A stretch of 55,479 bases of DNA, the filler included, from Sphacelaria rigidula (taxonomy: Eukaryota), in the NCBI GenBank assembly GCA_964200075.2. It is 3 parts of 3 records of this genome, joined end to end, with 100 filler letters (N's around TTAATTAATTAA, not from the genome) between each part and the next. Parts side by side here need not be neighbours in the genome. Positions count along the whole stretch, not along the records: positions 18,536 to 36,958 come from CAXNAA020000860.1; 2 more parts are not named here. One strand, given 5' to 3'. Numbering within the stretch: the first letter of the stretch is position 1; every line of letters begins with the position of its first letter. The notes below the pieces were generated by a model. The model was not told where the DNA came from, did not search any database, and saw only the letters and a program-made list of their open reading frames with translations. Both the position numbers and the translations under genes were made by a program. Shown piece after piece: positions 22,239 to 33,600 of this stretch.

Positions 22239-25200
22239 CTGGGTGCACAAAAGCGGATGTGAAAGGAGAAGCAGACGCTTTAGGACCGACCGGTAGTCCA
22301 GCTCTATTGTAGCGTGCAGAACGATCAACACAGTGAATGAGTGATGGGGGTAATTTTGGCGTGTCACACACAGCACGAGTTTTCATTATATTTCATGCGT
22401 CATTGCACGGAGGTAGTTTTTCACGCCACGGCCTCACCATGTGGGAAACATGCCATATATTTCGGAAACTGTCTTCCTTCTTGAGTTTTTCCATATGAAG
22501 GTCGGAAGATGCTCGTGGAGACGATCGACACAGCTCACATGAACCGCGTCTCACTCACAAATACAAGAGGGCGATATAAATCATCTGAGTAAAGCTCTAT
22601 ACGGCCATGAAGGGACATTGTTGTGGCAAATCATGTGTTTTTATACGAAAAAATACCTGACGAGAGTTAACATGAACACATACATTTGATTGATTTATTT
22701 ATTTTTTGAGCAAGGGAAAGACAACGACCAACCAACCATTCAATTAATTAATTAATTGGATGGATGGGTGGATGGATGGATGGTTGGTTGGTCATTTGAA
22801 TTATTTATTTATTTTGAGCAAGGGAAAGACAATATAAAGTACACGTTGCTGATTAACTTGTGCTAATGGTGTGCTCCAGAAATATTTTTTGCAGCAAGCC
22901 ATCGCTCACCCTGTTGGTTTGCGCCACCCTTTGCCGCTGCCCCACGCGCCCCTGCCGCCGGACGTTGAGCACGAGCTCTTTGGTCACACGAGAACCATAC
23001 GCAAAGGTGGTGACACAGCACGGGGGAGGGTGAGGAAAAGGTGTAGCGAACAGTTTGGAAATGGGAAAGTTTGACGTCACTGAACAGGAGCACCAATAAA
23101 AACAAGCGCCGACTTTCCCATCATATGTGTGTTGCACCGCGCGGTACATACTTTGGCTCTTTCTCGCTCGCGACAGCAAGGATGGTGTACATTTCTCTAC
23201 ACCCACATACACACACGCTTAATCCAAACTGCGGTCGGAACAAGCAGGCGAGCATGACGCCTTAGCAAGGTCGAGGTAGGGCGTGGACGGCGTGGCTCAA
23301 ACCCATGGTCATACCGTCTGTGGGACAGCGCGACGTGTCGACAAATCGTTCAACGCAGGAATGTCCCAACGGGGTGTTTTGCGACGAGGACAGTGGAACC
23401 ACATTAGCCACATGCCCAGTCAAAAGATGCATGCTACAGTTCCAACACTACTCATCTCCACTACGGAATCGGAATAAAGAACAAAACAATAAGAAGCCAA
23501 CAGGACGCAATAATCACGACACTAAGACCGAGAACACGGCCGCAGGGTTTGGTCAAGGCAACTTTCAATCAACAGCGCCCATCACATCAATGATTCGTGT
23601 GACACCCTCATCATCAAAGTCTTCCACTCACCCCCTGATGGTGTCCAAATATGAGACAAACGTAGACGCGCCACGTCAGTCCCCACAGTCGCGCACGCGC
23701 CACAGGGTTTCCATGTTCGTCGTAGTTGTAAGACGAGTCACATCCGGTGCAGAAAGTGTAAGCAGAGGAAAGAAATGGCGTCAGGCATGAAAAACGCAGG
23801 GGTTTGGGTGTTGAAGAGGCGACAAGTCAGCGGCCGCGTAGATCTACAAAATGTCATCTTGTACCTCCTGTTGCAAGACACTCGGGATGAGGCAAGAGAG
23901 AGTGTACATACTGCCCTGTATTTTTCATTGGGTTCATCGACAATACGAAATGTTAGGAATCAGCAACGGTCTCTGTCACCCCTTGAATATATCCTTCAAA
24001 AACTCGCCGCCGGACACATTTTTCTCCGCTTCCTCCTGAGGTCACGTTCACGTTCACGTTCCAGTTTTGGGAAACACAGCGGGACTTGAAAGCTACTTGA
24101 TGCACAACCGCGATTCTTACTTTTTTGCTCTAGAATATAAGCTAGTTCACAGGAAAAAAAAAAAATACAATCATCGGCAAAACTTCACGCCGTTCCAAGG
24201 AGTTAGACCCTGAAATTTTGCACAGGTGTTCTATGGGTCATTACGCAACTTTTTATGTGGACGATTTTTTTTATTTCTTTACTTTTTCGCCGTACTTCAG
24301 GAGTTCCAGTTTTGTCGGGAAAACTTCGATCCAGTCGAACCCCGGTAAAACGGTAAAGAAAATCGAAAAAACTCGTCCTTGCAAAGTTGCGTAATGACCC
24401 ATAGAACACCTGTGCAAAATTTCAGGGTCTAAATCCTTAGAACGGCGTGAAGTTTTCGCGTTTGTGCGATGAATCTTGCCGTGCCACGGTGAATCGGCAA
24501 ACTACTAATTTTGGTATGAAAGTGGCGTTTCAAGGCCTTTTTCGACGTGAACATGAAAATTCATGCACCAGTTAATCGAGTTTGGCCACGAAACTTTGTG
24601 GGGTTCTTCCTAGGGTGTGCGGCGGCGAGGCGTTCGCGAAAAACTAGAAAAACTTTCGTGCCGGTTTTCCGGGGTCCCAGAATGGATGACCTCGAAAAAA
24701 CGGCTTGTATCCCGTTGGACCCCCGAAAAACGGTAAGCAACTCAAAAAATAGAAAAACCTCGTAGATCGAAACTTGCGTGATAATTTTTAGCACTCTTGT
24801 GCAAAGTTTCAGGGTCCAACTCCTAGTAAATGCGCCAATATTGCGCGTATGTGCGAGGATGTGAGCTTAAAACGTGCAAACTCCCAACTACTTGTTTCGA
24901 GTATAAAAACATCTTCTGGGGTGAATTTTACGTCAAGGACGGAGAAATTTCATGAAATTTTTTAGTCTCTCCACCAAAAATTGTACATGAGTTCCTCGGA
25001 TCATCCTGGGACGCATCATGTTATTGTTTTTTCTTTGGAGTAATAATGTACCGCCTTTCGGGGTCTTTGTACTGGGACCCTCGGAAGGCGGTAGAGAACA
25101 GAGAAAAGTTGAAGCACTGTCGAAAATACAATTTTTTCATTTGGAGCATCGATACCTACGGAACTGTCAAGTTTGAGGATGATCTGAGCTTTTCTACAGC

Positions 25201-27135
25201 AAATATAAGGAAAATCGTCACGAGGCTCCCCGAGTCTTTCCTGCGTATCATGAGTGGAAATTAGGCGACGCCAAACTCCACATCACCGAAACCGAAACAT
25301 TACCGTTTCGGGTATGATTCGTCCCCGTTGGAACCGTTTTCGAATCCGTGTCTCGCGCTAGATTCTTGAGGTGATGACGGTCACTACGATTTGAAGCATA
25401 TGGGGATTCGGTGAAAATTGGGCTTGAAATTCGTATTTTCAATTTCGGAACAGTTTGAAAGGCGCTGATTGGTCGAGACACATTTTTGTCCATAGCGCCA
25501 CCGCTATGGCTAGAAAAAAAAAACTGGCTATGTCACCCTCTTCGTCTGTTCATTGCGGTCAGTGTGATACCATGTATGCGAGTTTGAGGTGCGTATTGCA
25601 GAAGGCATTCGCTGATGACAGAATTTGTTTTTCTTTCCGTGACCCAGCCTGTATACCTTCAGTCCTTTTGGGTGTGGTACTGAACTACAATTCATACGGC
25701 TTCGATGTCATTTGATTGATACGCCCCTTGGTCCATCACAGCGGGGCCCTTACTGGAGTATTCACAGCGAATCTGTAAAATGATTTTTTTTGGTCACATT
25801 GCACCTGGACGACACGCACATGAATGTGACCACCGACGTGTGCATAGGGCAGCCAAGCAGAAAGGCATAACCTTACGAATACACCGTGCCATCTAACTGG
25901 GGAAACCTGATGCAATCCTTAGCATAGCATCATTTCAGATACTTTGTGGTGGACATTCCTACGGTCAAGCCTTTGTTTACGGGAGCGTACAAATACTCGC
26001 GTAAGCCGCGGCCTGCCGCACAGGGCGTACAGTTTCGGCAGGAAAAAGTCCACACACATATATGTATATATATATATATATATGTCCCGTGTGTGTTGAT
26101 ATGACCTACAAGTTCTTGATGAAGGATAATTATGGAACGAACTCTGCGCATCTCCGGGAGCGTATGCGAGTGCGTAAATGTCGGGAATGCTAACCCAACT
26201 TTTGAATCTGTGTGGCCGACTGAAGCGATTAAATTTCAGGGCGATTTTCCATGCTTTGAACGAGTGACGTTCGACTCGATGAACGAAACAACTCATAGTA
26301 CAACACTCCACACGGATGCCAAGGCTGGGCCGAAGAAGCTGTAGAAGTTACGAAGTTCTAACAGTTGTGAGGAGTGCTTGTGTTGTTCGTGAAGAGTCAT
26401 GCCCTGCTTCATCAAAAATGCAACGAGCAAAATGACCAAAAAAAATGTGACTAATTTTCTCAGAGCGCGGACAAAGTAATCAGTTACGCGAGAGTAGAAA
26501 TGAGGCCTTGCGCAGCTTGTGAAGGATGCTGCGCTTGCCAACATTACATGCTTCCACGATATCAAGGCCAAACCAATATCACGAAGGGCACAAATTGGGA
26601 AAATGCATACGTGATATCTTGATTGCGCGGTGCAAAACCAACAAAACGGACACGAAGACAGGGATGACAAATGCACGAAAATAAGCCGATGAGAAAACAT
26701 CGGACGTGCGGTGACACAAAATTACAATGGCGCTCCAGTGGCCTCGGCGGTGTAATTTTCGACGAATAGATCTCTCAACGAACCAAGACGTGCCATCTCG
26801 GGGGATTTCATCTGCGGTTTCCTCATTGCTTGAGGTAAATCGCTCGAGGTCAATCCACAGCTAGCTCAACACATTCCACACCTAGAAGATCAACAAGACC
26901 TGAAGTGTGGCAGCAATGAAAGGCAAAGGTGTCCCACCACAATCATCTTGCACAAGGCTGCACACGATAGTCAAACCCACCGATACATCCGGATGTCGAA
27001 ACTTTGACCAGCCACGATATCTCAGGCACAGAGGAACGGAGCGCGAATTTCTACCCACCTCTTTGCCATTGATGCCCCTGCTGCCCCCGCGGGCTTCGCA
27101 GCCCGGTTTGCCAACCCCTCTCCTGCTGGTTTCGG
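22111..27135 (-). CDS. SEC61B: Protein transport protein Sec61 subunit beta, spliced gene (first exon unresolved)
   Basis: Exons 27135-27059 ([26 protein letters not shown]), 22977-22910 ([23 protein letters not shown]), 22238-22111 ([41 protein letters not shown]). Phases 0-2, 2-1, 1-stop are consistent. FYTDD-x-PGL...TM...LHIWGK is the Sec61beta/Sbh1 signature. Confidence 0.93.
22910..22977 (-). CDS. SEC61B: Sec61 beta internal exon
   Basis: ~100-nt AG-free tract then caaag| acceptor; G|gtgagc donor; A/G/R-rich peptide typical of the Sec61beta cytosolic region. Confidence 0.88.
23315..23317 (-). other. Candidate 3-nt micro-exon (ACG) in the Sec61 beta intron
   Basis: Minus strand reads cccacag|ACG|gtatga; ~115-nt AG-free tract with a GCTAAT branch-like motif upstream. 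Confidence 0.55.
23632..23634 (-). other. Candidate 3-nt micro-exon (GGG) in the Sec61 beta intron
   Basis: Minus strand reads catcag|GGG|gtgagt; preceded by 207 nt (23637-23843) with no AG and containing CTGAC branch-like motifs. Confidence 0.6.
23865..23867 (-). other. Candidate 3-nt micro-exon (GAG) in the Sec61 beta intron
   Basis: Minus strand reads caacag|GAG|gtacaa after a ctctctcttgcctcatccc tract; the donor opens an almost AG-free 230-nt intron to the GGG unit. Confidence 0.4.
24179..24456. repeat. Near-perfect ~75-bp inverted repeat in the Sec61 beta intron (part of a ~1.3-kb insertion)
   Basis: aaaacttcacgccgttc.aagga.ttagaccctgaaattttgcacaggtgttctatgggtcattacgcaacttt (24179-24252) is inverted at 24383-24456; a degenerate third arm lies at 24740-24830. 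Confidence 0.8.
27059..27135 (-). CDS. SEC61B: Sec61 beta upstream exon
   Basis: Not in the ORF track; cgcag| acceptor after a pyrimidine tract, AG|gtgggt donor; phase 2 matches exon 22977. Confidence 0.75.
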
Positions 27136-29569
27136 CTGCGGATGGGAACGAAAGAATCCGTACGCATCATGAAAAAGGAGAAGAGGCTGGATGATATGAC
27201 AACGGAGCAGGACAAATGACGGTTGCTGCTGAGGGCGCCTCTGAGTTGTGGAGCTTCTGTTGCGTCACGCCGACTTCGGGGGCAGTTACTTTTGCGACAT
27301 TTTCATCCCAAGGCCCAATTCCTGACCTTCTTCACACGGTGAACTGTACACCGGAGAGTGCATCGCCGTACCCACTGGTATGCGCTAGTATGTGCAGAGC
27401 ATTTTGTCGACTACCTTTTATTGACAGACCTACCGTCTTGCTGGGTGCCTGTATTGCCGAAGTCTACAGAGAGTTGTACAAAACAGCCTGCAGAGGGCGA
27501 CCCCGTGCAATCGCAGCAAATAAATAGTACAGAGTACACCAGGACAAAAAGTTCCAGGATTAATGTCTAGCATCGCTGCCATACTACTATCGTACGTGAA
27601 ACCAGATACGCACACCCTAGGCCATATTCTTATTCCCAAGAGCATCATCAAACTTGGTACACGATAAAACAGTACCCGCGGTGCGTGACGAATGCTGGCG
27701 GTTCGACCTGCAGCTCTCACCGAAGTCTGAGACTGTTTCAAATCAAGTCGTGAATGAATCATGGCCTGTAATATATATGATATCGTTACCGTGTAATGTA
27801 CAACCGCGAAGGCAGCGGAGTAGCCACGACCCAAATAAGTCGCCAAACTCAGCCGTCGCAGTATATACCGGGGACCAACGAAGTGACTTTACGAGGTAGT
27901 CAGCCAGTGTACGTACACTTGTACAGAAAAGCAGTACAAACGGTGTAAAGGTACAGATAAAAGATGCGGTATCGTAGCTACTACGAGGTAGTGTTGCCCT
28001 GCTGTGCCTGTCCCGTACTCATTGTGATAAGAAGCACGTATAGCCCTTGACCTTTGACCACGCCATATTCAACCCGATCAACAACACCACGTCTGACGAA
28101 AATCTAGAGCAACATGTGAGCGAGAAAACAGCAGCAAGAGGATTTTCATGCCCTGACCCTCACGCCAAGGGCACGAAACGAGCAATGTGGGGTAGGTAGC
28201 GGTCCCGCAGAACGCTGTACAAAACAAGAACACACAGACACTTGTGGCCGTTCCTACCTCAGTTTTTCTTACAGCACCAACAAGCCAGATCGTGGAACCT
28301 ATGAGGCCATAAAACGTGCCGTGATGCCATGCGACTTCACCCTTGCCACATGCCACCTTGACGCAAACGTTCCTAGGACCCGCTACCCCGCCCCCGGCCA
28401 CCCACCCACCACCCCGCTAGCACTGGGGTGAACCAGAACCAGTCTGAGCGAAACGTTATTTTGTGTGCCTCTTACCGGCATGGTTTTGTGTGTGAAGGCT
28501 CCCCCAAACAACCAATTCGAGAGCTGGCAACAGCAGCTTCGGTGATTATGACGAGCTCCTTGCTTAACAGATCAAAATTCCGTCTCCTTCGTTCAGCGTA
28601 TCGTCACTCCCCTCCTTCGCTTGCGAGCTTTGTATTCAAGTCCTGTCCTTCAGATCTACTAGTCCGAGGCAGGTCAGCTGTAAACTCGAGTCCGGTTCTG
28701 TGATAGGACTATCTGAAGTGGAGTTAAGGGTTTATTGGTTGTTTGTCTCCTATTGGCTTACTTTCATTGGTACACAACAGATTTGTTCCGTTATTCCGTG
28801 TGCGGGTCAACTAAGTCGCCACATACAGTACGAGTACAGCGCCGATAACACAGCAGAGGCTTGAAGGTTACGATGCCCGTTTTACCTGCTCTGCTGCGAC
28901 AAAATTGAGAAAGCTTGGGGGGTGATTGCCCCCCCCCCGAATACATATTTCACGGAATCTTCTGGTCGCCCTGGTCATGAAGTGTACAGGAGGATAATAT
29001 AGTGCAGCAGTACCACGAAGTCTGCCATGCACCCATACGAGGTAGTTTACCCCTCCAATGAGCACCCAGCTACTACATGTATTTCCGCAGAACTTTCCGC
29101 AGAGCCCGCGGGAGTTGGGCTGTGGCGGTGACGGAGAGAGATACTAAGATAGGGGGGGGAGTGATGCTTGCTTCCATAAAAATCGGCTCGTGGGTGTGTC
29201 AGACGACTTAACATACTCGCGGCGCGCTTGTATTGGGGTGAACACGGGTCAAGCAGTATGGCTGGAGGGTTGTTTATCGGTAGCAAGCGCGTTCGAAATA
29301 CTTTTGAATTGTTGCTGCTTTCATGAAGAACTGCTCCAAAATACCTTTTCCCCCCCCCACCGTAGCATGACTCGAGAGAGCTATACCTTGGCAGTCCAGG
29401 AATACAGTACTTGTAGCCTGACAATCTACCACCCATGCACACAACTGATGGAAACAGGCATCGGAACAGGCGACTTCGAAATTACCGAAATTACTTCTAC
29501 GCCCACACCATTTGCGATAAACAATTATCCCGCCGAGGAGTTCCTCCATTTTCGACAAACCGTTGACCC

Positions 29570-30110
29570 TTAACCCTTTGCCTGCGGTGCGGGTAGTCCA
29601 TCTGGATCACTCATACTTTTTTCAAGTGAAAATTGGTGTCGATCCAGCAGGTGACCCACCCTCGCGGTCTAAGGGTTAACCCTTAGACCGCCTTGCGGGT
29701 AGTCCACCTGGACCATGCATGTTTTTTTTAGGCCAATATTGATACCAATTCAGCCGGTGACCCCCCTTCAGGATCAAACACCCTTTAACCGCCAGGGTGG
29801 ATCATCTGGGCCCTGCAGTTTCTTTCGAATGAAAATGACGCGTGGGTCATCTCGGGTATTGCGCTTCTCAACTTTTCTCTTGAACGAGGTCTGATGATTT
29901 GTGTCAGAGTCGGGCAAAGCGGAATTATGCCCGATCAACAGATGACCACGCCTGGCGGTAAAAGGGTTGAGCTTTTCACCGATAGCACTCTGACCGCGAG
30001 GATTGGTTATCTAGGTCTCGCTTCTATTTTTCAAGTAAAAACGGTGTCGATTCAAGGCGCCCCTGGCGGTCAAAAGCATAGCCTACCCTGTAGCCGCAGG
30101 GTGGGTCATA
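29570..30110. mobile_element. Tandem cluster of piggyBac-like mini-elements (TTAA target sites)
   Basis: TTAA|CCCTT...AAGGG|TTAA unit at 29574-29675 followed directly by further CCCTT units; dispersed copies at 47860-47930, 49720-49810 and 49845-49941. Confidence 0.7.
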
Positions 30111-30555
30111 GGGGTGTTATTATCAAGTGAAAGCGATGCCGTTCACGGGGTTGGTTTTGCCCACGTCTCTTTGCGTGTACAGTTTCATAGACATTGCGTG
30201 TTGTATTGAGTGGGGAGCATGCAAGAGCGACTAGAAGTCGGTTTGGCTTTCATGATCGTGTGGATGACGCACACCACAAGGAGGAGGCGGGGAGGAAGTT
30301 GGGCTCCAAGAAAACCGCGCGCCGTCGCTGCATGTCTGTTTGCCATCCTCTGTCCCTTTCCCTCGGGTTGAATACTTCGATCACGAAGAGGTCACACACT
30401 TTTCCGTGGGAGCAACCGAATACGAAAATCAACACATGAAGTACTACAATGACATGACATATATGGCCTCAATTTGACTGCTTCACGGTCAAACGATTCA
30501 AGATGTTGAGCCGTGCGGTTGGGCAGCCACAGTCTGCCAACAGTACAATAAAAAA

Positions 30556-30639
30556 TCACGACAAGGACGCCAGAGCGGCGGTTTGCCGCAATCTCTCGAT
30601 GATCCCGTACAGTCCCTTGTTGCTCTTCAACCCAGCCAC
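30556..30639 (-). CDS. 2OG-Fe(II) dioxygenase terminal exon VAGLKSNKGLYGIIERLRQTAALASLS*
   Basis: cgcag| acceptor, phase 0, 84 nt to TGA. Confidence 0.8.
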   Translation of the reverse strand: MAGLKSNKGLYGIIERLRQTAALASLS

Positions 30640-33600
30640 CTGCGCGAGGCGTCAAGCAAAGAATGCATTTTTTCAGCATTAGACATAATGAAGCCCATCA
30701 ACGGAGTGTATTATGATGTACGAACGTAATGGTAGACGATTGCGTACAAGCACCCGACGGTAAGGATGTGCTCATTTCATCGTCCTCGCGGTGCCTCTCG
30801 CCCGTAGTACCAACCCCCCCCTGCTCGCGCTTGAAATTATCTACCCTGCTCCATGCCTCCACGCCCCGCGCAAAATACCAACGGCTCATTAATGCACTCA
30901 CCAGTGCTCGGTGGGCGGCCAACATATCCTCGTATCCTTCCGCGCCGACCATGCATTCTCGCAATGAAGTCTCATACTGCTCTTCGTAGACACCTCGTGA
31001 CAGGACTCGCTGTACGGGCGATCGCCGCATGAATTCGCAGAAGCCCAACCTTGATCAACACAGGGAGCACATGCATAACGAGGGATGCACAAGGAAACAT
31101 AGGGGGCAACAAGTTGAGCATTCACTTGAATGTTGTGATTTCCTTGCTCACTGTGGATGATAGCCTCATGAACGACAGTTTCCACAAAATGTATGTGAGG
31201 AAAAACCACCCTACTCGAAGTTCGACCTGGATATGCGGCAAAGAGCACATGTACGTCTTGCCGAATAGCGTCGTCTACCGGTGTGCTTCATGGAGGCTCT
31301 CGCTCTGCCATAGTGCTGACTGTCATTTTATACTCATTAAAGAATGCAGCTTTGACAGCATGGTGGCAAATATTGTATGCTAGAGGCAAAGCGTTGCCTG
31401 GGATGTACAAAGGCATGATTGGATTATCGGCCATGGCAATGTCCACAACTAGAGATGTCTAGGTCGCCCCAACACGGCAATATCTTTCACTACATGAACG
31501 AACGTAGAATACGTTGAATTTGGTAAACCTCCGTTGAATTTGGTGAACCTCACCAGTCCTCGAGCTGAGATCTGGAAATTCGCAATGTTGACTCCTCCAC
31601 CGAGTTCACGTCTGGAGAATCTATCCACACGGTCAGCATGTAACGCTCCGCATTGCAAGGGAGCACCCTGTGTAGAACGCGATCGCTCCGAAATATAACC
31701 TGAAACGAACACGAGCAACACATCCAGGACAGAATGGACACCGAAAGCAGCAGGGATGCCGGAGACGTGGTGGTTTTCGTGTGTGTAGTCAGCGAGCGAC
31801 TGATGGCAGACGTCGAATTGGCGGAGAAGCTACTTCACGCCCGGCACTTCGTATTGATACCATCTGCCATTATAATGGCATGGTATCAGCCACGAATCCC
31901 CAGGACAGCAGTTCTGCGGACCCTACAGCTTATAACGAGTATCAGTGCAGTCACTTTCCAGACTATATAACATATCTTCCTACATTTGAGGCCGCAGTAA
32001 GACTTGGTCAAGAGCTACTCACTCTCTCTCACCATTCGATCGAGGAGGGGTGCAATAACGCGCTCCTTCTGGAGGAAAGGCGTGAGGCAAAGTTCACCCC
32101 CATCCCCGTCTTTCCAGTCGGGGTTGAGATACAACAGGCACGTCAGCGCCCGCTTGTTGGGAGGGCCGGGGTTGTCGTAGTGTAAAGGAAAGCACCCCCC
32201 GGAACCTGAGGGGGGCGTAGTTGGGGAAACGACATGTACTCGCTTACTTGGCAGGAAAAATAAATGAGGCAAAGCATGACACACAGAAATATGGCTGCAG
32301 AAAGAGAACAGTAAGACAACGACGTCCACTCCGCACAAGACACATGAGTCCACAAGATGGTCGATAGGCGAGCTTGACTCGTCAAAACAGCGGTCCGATC
32401 GAACAAGCGTTTTTTGTACGGATCTATGACCACTATGCGCGACGTTTTGCGCGCGGTTCAATAGGAAAATGTTGAAAACTCTCTCCGGATCATACTCGCC
32501 GTGTAGTGGCCATAGCGATACACGAGATACGGAGCAAGAACGACGACACACACCTGCGTTACGCTGCAGCTTCAAAGCCCTTCCCTGTGTTCCTTTCGCG
32601 AGCCGCAAACCTTCGGGGAAAGCCTCCGCCAGAGCATCAACCAACTCCTCTTCGTGAAACAAGGCGTTCATCTCCGGCACTCTTGTTGCCATCGTATAGA
32701 GAGCACCAAAAACAGAGACTGGCAACCGTATCGAAGTCAAGAAGAAATAAAGGGCTTCGAAACATTTGTCACAGATGAGCACACCAGAATGGGGTCACAC
32801 AAGGGTGCATAAACACTTCAAACTCGGCACATGTTGTAAATTTCATTTCAACGAGAATTTGTACATGGTTATTATCATGTCTGGAATCAGTGAGCCATGC
32901 CGGGTGTAACCTGCAAATCATCCCGTCGCGGCGAAGCCGTCGTGTGTGCCTGTGTACGTGTTCATTCGGAATTCGGAACGGCTGTGTGAGAACGCGCTTT
33001 GCCAATAAATGTGGATACTACCACATGGGAACAAAAAAATGTAAGTGACTGTCGAGGACTACCATCTTTTCACGTTCGTGACACCAGTGAGATAACTCTG
33101 TATGCTTCATAAATAGAAGGTTCCGGGTGCGAATCCCCCGGCTCCCACCATCGCGACGCAAAGAAAATCCCGCCAAAGATAAGCAGGCAACGTAGAGTCG
33201 CAAAATTCGGGAGGATAGGAAAACTGGTGGATGACTACTGTAGCAGAGACCACAATCTCACGGGAAATTATCCTGATGATATGTGTTGGCTTGACAACCC
33301 AACACACGCAGAGGACATCGGTAGAAAAAAAGGTGCTTATATACTGACCGCTACTCGGCAAAAAAGGTCACCTCTACAATCATTTTATCGTCAAAGAACG
33401 CACGAAGGAGGACCCTACACGTGTCTATCGGGGACAACCACCTATTCACGTAATATACGCTTATTCCAACAAGATGAGTCACGCTGTACTACAGGGTAGT
33501 GTAGTATGCCAGCCGCACATTATTAAAACAACTCCCATAAATTCCCCCCCCCGGCTGATGACATATGGGCTATTTTTGTCACCATCCCGACATCTAAAAT

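Noticed and set aside
22239-22386. N-terminal half of the 91-aa ORF containing Sec61 beta
   Set aside because: Intronic read-through upstream of the cag acceptor at 22239; the real N-terminus comes from upstream exons.
29570-30110. CRISPR-like repeat-spacer array
   Set aside because: Units are ~100-bp diverged TIR elements without unique spacers, there are no cas genes, and the context is eukaryotic.
32206-32553. Middle of the 255-aa ORF 32015-32782
   Set aside because: An open-frame intron with canonical GT-AG ends between two dioxygenase exons; including it would disrupt the fold.
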